From the NCBI RefSeq assembly GCF_964213995.1, contig NW_027590077.1:930001-994000 (forward strand): a DNA stretch of 64,000 nucleotides, given 5' to 3'. The DNA comes from Mustelus asterias (Eukaryota). The notes under the pieces were generated by a model. The model did not search any database and was not told the origin of the DNA. It saw only the letters and a program-made list of their open reading frames with translations. The position numbers and the translations under genes were made by a program. Shown here piece by piece: positions 11,471-21,666 of the stretch (positions are counted from its first letter, which is position 1; each line of letters starts with the position of its first letter).

Positions 11471-12990
11471 GGGGGTCTGGGATTCCTGCCCCCGGGAACC
11501 CACCGGGAACCCTTGATAAATTTAGCGGTGGGACCAGATATGGAAGATGCAGTTTTCTTAGTTGGCACGGGGGCACCTAGATTGTCTTTAAATTTTATAC
11601 CCCGGGGAGTACGATTTACACAACGGAAATTAACAGTGTCTGGAGTAAAGGGAGAAGGGTTTGCAGTGCCTCTGTTTGAGATGATGACAATTAGATACGA
11701 TGGAGGAGAAGTCAGGGGACAATTTTTGTACATTCCAGACATAGTGAGTAACCTACTGGGGAGAGACTTAATAATAATGTTGGGACTGGGAATTGGAGTA
11801 CACGATCAAAACGTAGGGATACAAGTGGCTGTGCTAACGGAAGAACAAGAGAAAGGAATAGATCCTATCCTGTGGGGGGGGGGGGGGGCAAGGAAGACGA
11901 CCGAAGGGCGATGGATGTTACCTGATGGCCGAGAAATGCTAAACAAAATGCTGATGAGGGAGATCTTATATCAGGGGAGTCATTGGGGCGGACAAGCAAT
12001 GTGTGACCTGGTTTTCAGAAAGTACGGATGCAAGGGCATATACACCGCAGCTAAACAAATATGTGAGGGGTGTATAACATGCAGAAAAGTTCACAAAAAG
12101 GTGTTGAGGGGACAAGTGCCGGGAGGAAGGGAACCTGGTTTAAGACCATTCCAGAGTCTGCAGGTAGACTATACCGAATTGCCTCAGGTGGGAAGGTTGA
12201 AGTACCTGTTAGTTATAGGAGACCATTTAACTGTTTGGGTGGAGGCATATCCTCTAGCTACAGCAACAGCAGGCGGGGTGTCCAAGATGGTGCTTGACCA
12301 CGTAATTCCCCGATATGGAATGGTAGAGTGCATAGATTCAGACCAAGGAAGCCATTTCACCTCTAAAGTCTTACAAGGAATAATGAAAGGACTGGAAATC
12401 TCTTGGGAGTTTCACACCCCCTGGCACCCTCCCTCCTCTGGGAGGGTCGAACGAATGAATCAGACCCTAAAAACGCAGCTGTCCAAATTAGTGGTAGAAA
12501 CCAAATTGCCCTGGACTCGGTTTCTACCAATAGCCCTGCTAAGAGTTCGGACGGCACCACGAAATGATCTGGGACTGTCCCCTTATGAAATGTTGTCCGG
12601 ACTGCCGTATATGGGAACGCAGGGGGATTTACCTGTCCTCGAGGCTAATGATTCTGTTTTTAAAGAAGTATATACTGGGCCTGTCCTCCTCTTTGTCCTT
12701 CCTTAGGAGACAGGGACTATTGACACAGACCCCACCTCTCGAATTTGCTGTCCATCGAATCCAGCCAGGAGACTGGGTCCTGGTAAAATCGTGGAAGGAG
12801 ACCAAACTACAACCGGATTGGGAGGGACCATACCAGACTCTCCTGACCACTGAGACGGCCATAAGAACGGTGGAAACAGGTTGGACTCACTACACAAGAA
12901 TCAAGGGACCCTTGAAACCCGCCGGTCGCAGCAGGAACTTGGACAGCCGAATCGACGGAGGAACCTTTGAAGCTGAAACTAAAAAGACTT
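11471..12990 (+). pseudogene. pol: ERV pol: protease fused in frame to integrase, RT/RNase H absent
   Basis: FLVGTGA (DTG>GTG) ... NLLGRDL protease, then IDPILW-GGGGG-ARKTTEGRWMLPDGR, SHWG..CEGC..C zinc finger, QVDY / DSDQG / RVERMN DDE triad, WEGPY motif. Confidence 0.9.
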
Positions 12991-13101
12991 TGAGTTACTG
13001 CTTATACGGTGGCGGCGCAAGCGCGGGAAAAATAGTCTGTAAAAGTTTGTATATTGGGTCTCTCTCTCTCTTTCTCTTTAACAAACTAGGACCAGGTTAG
13101 A

Positions 13102-15113
13102 ATGAAGTGGGGGTTGTGGTATACGATGTCGATTTCCTTGGTAATGGGGTGGGACTACACCCCTATTGATCAGGAATGGGAAGAATCTAAGACATTCACG
13201 GTAAAGATCCCTGAAAGCTCCAACCCGTAGGTGATAGAGACAGATGCTTGTAGCCTGGTAGACTGCGGAGATGTAGAAAGTCAGAGGGAAAATAGTGCCT
13301 CAGAAAAGTAACTCACTTGGGAAGGAGGCACCTGGGTAAAAACTGAAGTTGGAGCCTGGGTGAGGAGTGACTCATCAGAAATGATAAAAAATTACAATTC
13401 TCCGAAGCCCCATTCGACCGGGTCTGTCTTGTCCTGATAAGAGATGTAACTCGATATATCCAGCAATCAAATGTACAAAATGGCCAGAGGTGTTTGAAAA
13501 AAAAAGGAAAGTCTGGAAAACCAAAGAGGGGGCTGGAAAAATAACTGTTGGAGTGGTATACTAACGGCAATGAACAACAAGGTGTTTGGAATAGGGATAA
13601 AAACGGATGGGCAAGATTTCCAAGGGTGTTGTTTCCGAATAAAGGTAGAAAGGGGCGGATCAGCCAATAAAACAGGCGGTAGCGCTACCCGAATGCCACT
13701 AATACGACCCTTCGTTCCTTCCAATGACCCTGAGGTAGTGAGGGTAATGGAGGTTAAAGACCTAGCACAAACCACCGAGATAGAAACCGGATATGGGGAT
13801 ACAAACGCCTGGGTTGAATGGATAAAGTATACTGTAAAAAGCCTGAACAAAAGCAATTGCTATGCTTGCGCCTCTGGCAGGCCGGTAGCTCAAATAGTAA
13901 CCTTTCCGCTTGGATGGGAACGTGACCGGAAGGGCATGGAGTGTATGATGGCGCTATATCAGGACGAGACTGCCTGGGATAATAGCAGCTGCACGTCCTT
14001 GTCATTAATGTTCCCTCCCTTGAGAGAGAAAGATTTAAAGAGTCCTCCTGTATTTTCTATTGCAGTAGGAAACCACACATCATGTGTGAGCCGGCAGGGT
14101 GCAAGTCTGATTCGAGACTTGAGGGAACTGAAATCCTGCACGAAAATCGAGAACGTGACTGGAACGGACAAGGGAGGGAACTATTCATCGTTGAACGTTC
14201 CTAGAGCAGACTTATGGTGGTACTGCGGAGGAAAGTTATTATGACCTACCTTACCCCCAAAGTGGAGGGGGACGTGTGCCATTGTACAATTGGCCATCCC
14301 ATTTACCCTGGCGTTTGAAAAAGGGAAGGTAATAGAAGGGAGGAATAAAAGGGAAATAATAGAGACCTCTTTTGATGATCGTATATATTTGATTCTTTGG
14401 GTATACCAAGGGGAGTACCTGATGAATTTAAGGCTCGCAGCCAGATTGCGGCGGGCTTCGAATCCTCTCTCTTTTGGTGGGTTACGATCAACAAAAATGT
14501 AGATTGGATAAACTATATTTACTATAACCAGCAGAGGTTTATTAATTATACTAGCGATGCAGTAAAAGGCATAGCCGAACAACTAGATGCCACCAGCAGG
14601 ATGGCTTGGAAGAATAGAATGGCTTTAGATATGATATTGGCTGAGAAATGAGGTGTGTGTGTGATGCTGGGAGGAAATTGTTGCACTTTTATCCCGAACA
14701 ACACGGCCCCTGATGGGACAATCACTCGGGCTTTGCGGGGATTAACTACCCTTGCGGAAGAAATGGCCGAAAATTCAGTAGTAGACACATCAATAACTGG
14801 GTGGTTGGACACGTTGTTCGAGAAATGGAAAAACATAGTGGCCTCAATTTTCACCTTCCTTATAGTGGTGGCTGGACTGCTGATAACGGTGGGATGCTGT
14901 ATTATACCCTGGGTACGACGGCTGATTCAGCGACTAATTGGGACAGCTCTGACAAAACAAATGTCCCTAAAGAATGATAAAGGGGAAGGTGTGTACTTGT
15001 TAGATGGCAGAGATGAAATTACAAAATTGAATGAGGCTGCCGGGATAATGCTTGAGAAGTTTGAGGCAGCCTGTGATACTTCCCTCTTGTATGCAGAAGG
15101 CAACAAGTGTTAA
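13102..15113 (+). pseudogene. env: ERV envelope (gamma-type SU/TM), disrupted by stops and frameshifts
   Basis: ATG 13102 just after a pyrimidine-rich acceptor (AG at 13088-89; leader donor AG|gtaag at 8651). CYAC (CXXC), furin RNKR, fusion peptide QIAAGFESSLFWW, ISD-like NRMALDMILAEK, CX6CC (CVMLGGNCC), TM helix. Confidence 0.92.
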
Positions 15114-15115
15114 CC

Positions 15116-15133
15116 AGAAAAGAAAAAGGGGGG
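15116..15133 (+). promoter_or_regulatory. Polypurine tract
   Basis: AGAAAAGAAAAAGGGGGG immediately before the 3' LTR. Confidence 0.9.
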
Positions 15134-15135
15134 AC

Positions 15136-15619
15136 TGTGAAAAACAGATAAGAATGTTGCTTCTGCAGGAGAATCACAAGACGACTGATAAGGTATGGAC
15201 AGGGTTAAACTTCCTGAACCGAGTGCTGCAGCTTGTCACTGCTGCAGCTTGTCACGTACACTGTGGGCGTTCACACAGAAAGTGGCGCGAAAATGGGAGA
15301 TAAGGATGGGAGGGAACAGCCAAATAAGGGACAAAGTAAATATGAACGGGGACTGCAAGGCTGAGTAGCAAGGGCAATAAACAAAGGCAGAGTAAACCTA
15401 GGGTTTATGATGGGTGATATCCGATAACAAAACCACCAATTGTGGGGAAGGGCAGGGATTGAGAGACAAAAAGAAATTGTATAAAGTATATGAGATTTAC
15501 TCCATGGTGTGCCTATTTGCTGGTCACCCGCTCTTGCAAGAACGTTTAAATAAAAGTGTTTGCGATTTCAGAATTTGACTTGGAGTAAATTATTTGCAAA
15601 GTGAACTTCGTTTCTCACA
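15136..15619 (+). repeat. ERV 3' LTR
   Basis: Direct repeat of 7952-8435, same length. Confidence 0.96.
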
Positions 15620-16257
15620 ATATCCACAGATCTCTGAAGGTTGCCACTCAATTGGATAGAGCTGTGAAGAAGGCCTATAGTGTGTTAGCTTTTATTAACA
15701 GGGGGTTGGATTTTAAGAGCCGTGGGGTTATGCTGCAACTGTACAGGACCTTGGTGAGACCACATTTGGAATATTGTGTGCAGTTCTTGTCACCTCACTA
15801 TAAGAAGGATGTGGAAGCGCTAGAAAGAGTGCAGAGGAGATTTACCAGGATGCTGCCTGGTTTGGAGGGTAGGTCTTATGAGGAAAGGTTGAGGGAGCTA
15901 GGGCATTTCCCTTTAGAGCGGATAGAGTGAAGGTTCTCAGAATATTTACTCGGAAAGAATGTAGCTGTTACTAGAGGACATAACTATAAGATTCATGGTG
16001 GAAGATATAGGAGGGATGTCCGAGTTAGGTTCTTTACTCAGAGAGTGGTTGGGGTGTGGAATGGACTGCCCGCTGTGATAGTGGAGTCAGACAATTTAGG
16101 AACTGTCAAGCGGTTATTGGATAGGCACATGGAGCACACCAGAATGATAGGGAGTGGGATAGCTTGATCTTGGTTTCGGACAAAGCTCGCCACAACATGG
16201 AGGGCCGAAGGGCCTCTTCTGTGCTGTACTGTTCTATGTTCTATGTTCTACGTTCTA
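15620..16257 (+). mobile_element. CR1 LINE right half (RT C-terminus, 3' UTR, (gttctat)n tail)
   Basis: Removing the ERV restores ...GGGGTCCATATCCACAGATCTCTG... (GVHIHRSL). Confidence 0.93.
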
Positions 16258-16259
16258 AG

Positions 16260-16572
16260 TGGCATTGTGGCACAATGGTTAGCACTCTTGCCTCACTCCA
16301 CCTCAAACCCAAGTTCAATTTCAAGGTTGGGTCACTGGCTGTGTGGAGTTTGTGCATTCTCACTGTGTATGCTTGAGTTTCCTCCGGGTGCTTCGGTTTC
16401 CTCCCACAATCCAATGATGTGCCGTTTAGGTGCATTTGTCATGCCAAATTGTCCTGGGGTCGTAGATTGGGATTGGCGGGGTAAATATTTGCGTTACGAG
16501 AATAGGGTCTCGGTCGGGTTGTTGTCGGTGCAAACTCGATGGCCTCTTTCTGCACTGCAGGGATTCTATGAA
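16260..16572 (+). mobile_element. V-SINE (HE1-like)
   Basis: tRNA-like head ggcacaatggttagcact..., V-core ctccgggtgcttcggtttcctcccaca, CR1-like tail. Confidence 0.75.
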
Positions 16573-17035
16573 TAAACAATTTATACTAATGGTAATTCAT
16601 TGATAATATCGTTTTGTTTGGAGTCACAGTGGCATAGCGACAATTTCTTTGGATTTTTAACATGGAAACTTAGGCTACTTCTCTGGAACATGAGTACAAG
16701 TCACACTCTGACAGTAACTGAGATGTAATTTCAACTAATGAACCAGGAATTAAAATCTACTTTAATCAGTGTGACCAAGAAGCTGTCGCTGTTTGTCTTC
16801 AAAATCAAACTTGTTGCCTGATTCCCCTCAGGGTCGGAAACTGCCATCTGTAACTATTCTAACACACATGTCAACCAAACTGCAAAACAATTAGCCTTTG
16901 CAATACCTCAAGAAGACACTCAATAAAGGACAACGAAGTGATGAAGAACTCATGCTGGGGTTGCGAGCCGCACCCATACCCAGTTAGGTAATAAATTAAG
17001 AAGTATGGAATATTTTTGACTAAGAATCCAAATAT

Positions 17036-17300
17036 TCATAGAATCCTACAGTGCCCATTCGGCTCGTCGAGTCTGCATCGACCACCATCCCCACCCAGGC
17101 CCTATCCGCATAATCCCATGCATTTGCTCCAGTTAGTCCCCCTGACACTAAGGGACAATTTAGAATTTACAATCCAACTGACCCGCACATCTTTCAACTG
17201 TGGGGGGAAACCGGAGCACCCCAGAGGAAAGCCACGCAGACACGGGGAGAATGTGCAACCTCCACGCAAACAGTGACCCAAGACGGAATCAGGCCCGTGC
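17036..17300 (-). mobile_element. V-SINE (HE1-like)
   Basis: Same core in reverse orientation. Confidence 0.7.
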
Positions 17301-17379
17301 TACCCTATTAAATCATAATAAATATTAAGTCATCAATTAATTGAATTCAGCCATTCAATTAATTTATTTTAATGTAATT

Positions 17380-17598
17380 TAAGGAAGGAAATATGCCACC
17401 CTTTCCGGGCCTCACCTACGTACAATTCCAGACCCACGGCAGTAGTGCTGACTCGCAACTACACTCTGAAATGGCCTCGCAAGCCACTCAGTTTATGGGC
17501 AATTAGGGCTGGAAAATACATGCTGGCCCAGTAGGCGACATCCATGCTCCACGAATGAATAATAATAATAATAATAATAGTAATGATAATAATAATAA
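17380..17598 (+). mobile_element. 3' part of Deu-type/L2-tailed SINE followed by (AAT)n microsatellite
   Basis: ggaaggaaat..gcc..cct..ggcct, tail tgctggccca..gacatccat..gaatgaat shared with 57975-58325; (aat)n at 17559-17598. Confidence 0.55.
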
Positions 17599-18924
17599 AT
17601 GCCTTCTGTAGCTGATATGATAGACACTAATACATTAAATATATATGGAATATAAATATCCGGGAGACAGACCATGTTAATTGGATCTTAATTATATCCT
17701 CATGCGAAACAAAAGTATATAAATAAATTAAAACGACATGCAAATACACACGTATAAAAAATATCAATACTAACCCAAAACAGCACATGTAACAGCAAGA
17801 TATTGATGAGGAATGTATAATTGCAAATGGGCACTGACAGTAATATTATTGCACTTGTTCCAATAAAGAACATTGATTTCTCGGCCCCACTGTGATAGAC
17901 CAATTTTCCAAATTTCTTGCTTTGGGAACAAAGTATAAGAGGGAGGATATTGAATGTGATCACTCAATGATATGAGACACAAAAAACATTTACCTATCAA
18001 ATGCATTTTAAGTCCTGGTTGATTGGTAAGCTATAAACAGAAGTAATTGCAGCATTAAAGTATGGATTCCATTTTGAAACTTTCCAAGCCCCTTTCCTCC
18101 ATTTGTTACAGACGATATAAATGCTGAACTATTGTTACCTTATATCCTGCATGTATGTTGTGAGATTCCGAATGAATCTTTTATAAAGGCTGGAGCCTTT
18201 GACAGGCTTCCCTGCACTAGCCTGATCCAACACCTCTCCACTCTTGTCCAGTTTCCGTGGAGGACCCTTTTCTGTTCCCACTCAGGATATCCCCTGCAGA
18301 GACTTCTGTATACACTGTCGCTCTGCTGACGCTGAAGATTGTGCAGGATTTATCTTAGATTCTTAATATTTCTCGCCAACATGTTGCCATGCGGAAACGA
18401 AGGTGATTCTCAGTATCCATATTCTCAGCATCATAAAGACGGTCTGATGCCACTTCTGTAATCCAGCTTTTCTCTCACTTTGTCCAACGCATCCTCTGTG
18501 TTACCTTCCATCTACCACAGTTATCCAGATTAGTCTTTATACTTTACACTCCTTAACCCTGAGTCACCAGCTTTATATTAACTGTATTTTTACTTGTACC
18601 CAGTTGCCTCTGGGTATCACCACCCCGGTGAGTGAGGGAAGTTGATTCACAATGGCTACACAGGCTTAATGTCCTATTATCATTATCGTGTATAAATTAC
18701 TTCGACTCATTGCCACCTCCACAAGGGCATATCACGAGATGTCAGGAATGATGACATTGCGAGAATGATCAAATCCCAGGGGAGATTTTGTTTCAATCCT
18801 CACTTCTCCCATATGTGAGAAATCATTTTGCACATCCTTAACATTTGGCCTGTACTCCCTTTATCTCAGTATTAGCTGTAGTGCGTTTATTAACCAGGAC
18901 TCCCTGAATCACTTCACATGTTTG

Positions 18925-19740
18925 TCCACAGATCTCTGAAGACGAAAGGACCTGTTGTAGGGTGGTGAAAATGGCATGTGGTACACTTGACTTTATCAAT
19001 CGAGGCATTGGTTTCAAAGCTGGGAAGGCATAGAACATAGAACAGTACAGCATAGTACAGGCCCTTCGGCCCACGATGTTGTGCCGAACCTTTTCCGAAA
19101 CTAAGATCAAGCTATCCCACTCCTTATCATTCTAGTGGAGTTGTACTGGAATTTGAAGGGGCCACAGCTAGAGTACTGCGTGCAGTTCTGGTCGCCACAC
19201 TGTAGGAAGGATGTGATTGCACTGGAGGGTGGCAGACGAGATTTTCCAGGCTGCTGCCTTGGATGGAACATTTAAGTAATGAAGAGAGTTGGATAGGCTG
19301 GGGTTATTCTTGTTGGATCACAGAACACAGGGGGACGATGTGGTTGAGTTGCTCAAGATCATGAGGGACATGGACGGAGTGGATAGGGAGAAGATGTTCA
19401 CCTTCGTTGAATGATCAGTAGGAGGGGACATAGTTTCAAGGTAAGTGGCAGCAAGTTGAAGCAGGATGTGAGGAAAGCCTTTTTACTCAGAGGGTAGTGA
19501 TGGTCTGGATTGCGCTACCTGGGAGGGTGGTAGATGCGGGTTGCCCCATATCCTTCAAGAAGTATCTGGATAAGCACTTGACACGTCATAATATTCAGGT
19601 CTGTGGGCCAAGTGCTGGCCAATGGGATTAAGTGGGAGTCGAGGTGTTTCTCGCGTATTGGTGCAGACTCGATGGATTGGATGGCTTCTTCTGCACTATA
19701 TGATTCGAACATTCTATAATTCTGTGATACTTTAAAATTC
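18925..19740 (+). mobile_element. Old CR1 3' fragment with a nested inverted CR1 3' end (19029-19135)
   Basis: ctagagtactgcgtgcagttctgg motif, decayed; catagaacatagaacagtacag tail on the opposite strand inside it. Confidence 0.8.
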
Positions 19741-19919
19741 TCCAACTAACGTCTGTTTGCTGCTCAAATCATCCCCTGTCGTTTCCTGTCAATACATTAT
19801 TTTATTCTGAACAGATTTCCGTATAAGTTCTTGTGAGGCATTATCTTATCAAAAATAAAGATAGATCGTGCATTATTAAAGTGATAAAATGAACATTTTG
19901 CACCATTGACGTGACTCAC

Positions 19920-19953
19920 TCAGGTGACTCAGAAGCAGCAGCAGAGTCCTCAT
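19920..19953 (-). CDS. Putative first coding (signal peptide) exon of D10C gene copy 1
   Basis: ATG AGG ACT CTG CTG CTG CTT CTG AGT CAC CTG A|gtgagt = MRTLLLLLSHL with a strong phase-1 donor. Joins the exon at 623 in frame (MRTLLLLLSHLSSAFTDPC); a small intervening exon cannot be excluded. Confidence 0.65.
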
Positions 19954-20000
19954 CTCACTGGGGGATATTCTAAAAATGAGGAAGCAGTATTACTATTGGA

Positions 20001-20037
20001 GAGTGAAGGGGATGGGAGACCAATCAAATATATAAAA
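20001..20037 (-). promoter_or_regulatory. Candidate TATA + initiator for D10C gene copy 1
   Basis: TTTATATA about 30 nt upstream of a TTCACTC Inr-like motif, about 50 nt before the ATG. Confidence 0.35.
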
Positions 20038-20659
20038 ACTTGGAGAGGGACGCAACAAGTAAATGCATTTCCAACAAGTCAGCTTGACATCTTTCCCTCA
20101 CTGAAATACCTCAGGTAGATATTCTCTCGACCTCGAACCGTCGCAGCTGCCTCAAGAGGCAGTGAATCCCCGATATCACCTTCACTGTGACAGCAAAAAA
20201 CATTGCTACCAGTATCTTCTTTCTGATTTACAAACAGGGATTTCTTGACCCCAATGCTTCCCTGTTTTTCGGTTCATTTCCAGTTCACTGGATAAGCAGT
20301 GGGTCTTACTGAGTTCGTCTCACTGTACTCCATACCCCTCTCATTTCTCCCTTCAGAGAAACCGTTCTCATGTTCCAACACATCTCCTTTACTAAACGCT
20401 ACCGATACTTGAAAAAACAGTACACACACACTTCAGAAACTACTGAGGACCAACAAACTGGTCAGCTTGTTATAAACGTTCATTTTATACCCACTTGCTT
20501 ACCCGGACCTCCTGAGGCTGTCTCGCTGTGTGAGGTACAGTGAGTTCAGTCCAAGTGCTTCCTCCACAATGACAGGTACAACATGCTGTGAGGGCTGTCA
20601 CTCCAACCGGAACGACGCCTCCACTACCTGTTAATCACGTGGGACTGGCAGCATTGGTC

Positions 20660-21490
20660 CTCTGGTGCTGATGCAATCCACGTCGCAATTCAACAAGATC
20701 TGGGCAATGTACCAGCTTAGTCTGACATGTTGCAAGTAACATTCGCACCACACAGGTGCCCAGGCAATGACCATCTTCAACAAGCGATAGTCGAATCATC
20801 GCCCCATGACATTGAATTACATTACCATCAGTGAATCCCCGATTACCAACACCCTGGAGGTTACCAGTGACCAAACGCGAAACTGTATTGCCATATGAAT
20901 AATATGGCTACCAGTGCAGATCAAATTCTATGCAGTCTGCGGAAAGAACCTCATCTCCTACCTCCCCAAAAGACTGTCAACCATCTAAATGACACAAGTT
21001 AGGAATGTGACAGAATACTCTCCACTTGCCTGGATGAGTGTGTCTCCAAAAACACTCAAGAAGCTCAACACCATTCAGGACAAAGCAATACCAGCTTGAC
21101 TGCTACCCCTCCCACCAATATTCAGTCCTTCCACCACCGACGAATAGTGGCAGGACTAAGTACCATCTACAAAATGCACAAAATAAATCAACAATGTTCC
21201 TTATGCAGCACCTCCCAAACACATGACCACCATCCTCTCGTAGGCCAAAGGCAGCAGGCATATAGCAACATGTCCACCAAGGCTCCCCTCCAAGTCATTC
21301 GCCATTTTAATTTGGAATAATATTGGCTGGTCCCTCACCAACTCGGAGTCAAATCCTGGAACTGCCTCTCTCACAGCACTGTGAGTGTACCTACGCCACA
21401 AAGACACAGATGGCAGTGGGTTCAAGAAGGCAACTCGCCACCGCCACATTCTTGAGGGTAATGGGGAATGGGCAATAAATGCTGGAATAG
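20660..21490 (+). mobile_element. Old L2/CR1-clade LINE 3' fragment
   Basis: Decayed homologue of 35430-36565, ending in gggcaataaatgctgg. Confidence 0.7.
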
Positions 21491-21666
21491 ACAGTGACTT
21501 TTAAAAAAGGACAAAATAAAATGAATAATATGAAGTTGCTGACGGAATGATATTGATGGAATAGAGAAATCGACAGGAGCAGAATAATCCAGCAAGGAAA
21601 ATAATAGAACGTCCATCTCTGTTTGTTCAGCTCATACACATGTGGTTAGATTTCCTCCTGTAATAT

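Larger units (their letters stand above)
7952..15619 (+). mobile_element. Endogenous retrovirus (class I, gamma/epsilon-like), two LTRs, internally deleted (no RT/RNase H)
   Basis: Paired 484-bp TG...CA LTRs, ATAT target-site duplication (7948-7951 / 15620-15623), PBS, PPT, gag-pro-IN-env remnants. Confidence 0.96.

Noticed and set aside
16260-16330. tRNA gene
   Set aside because: tRNA-like head of a SINE; no complete cloverleaf.
17994-18030. Small minus-strand exon between signal and D10C exons
   Set aside because: Has AG/GT ends but contains a stop in the required phase-1 frame.
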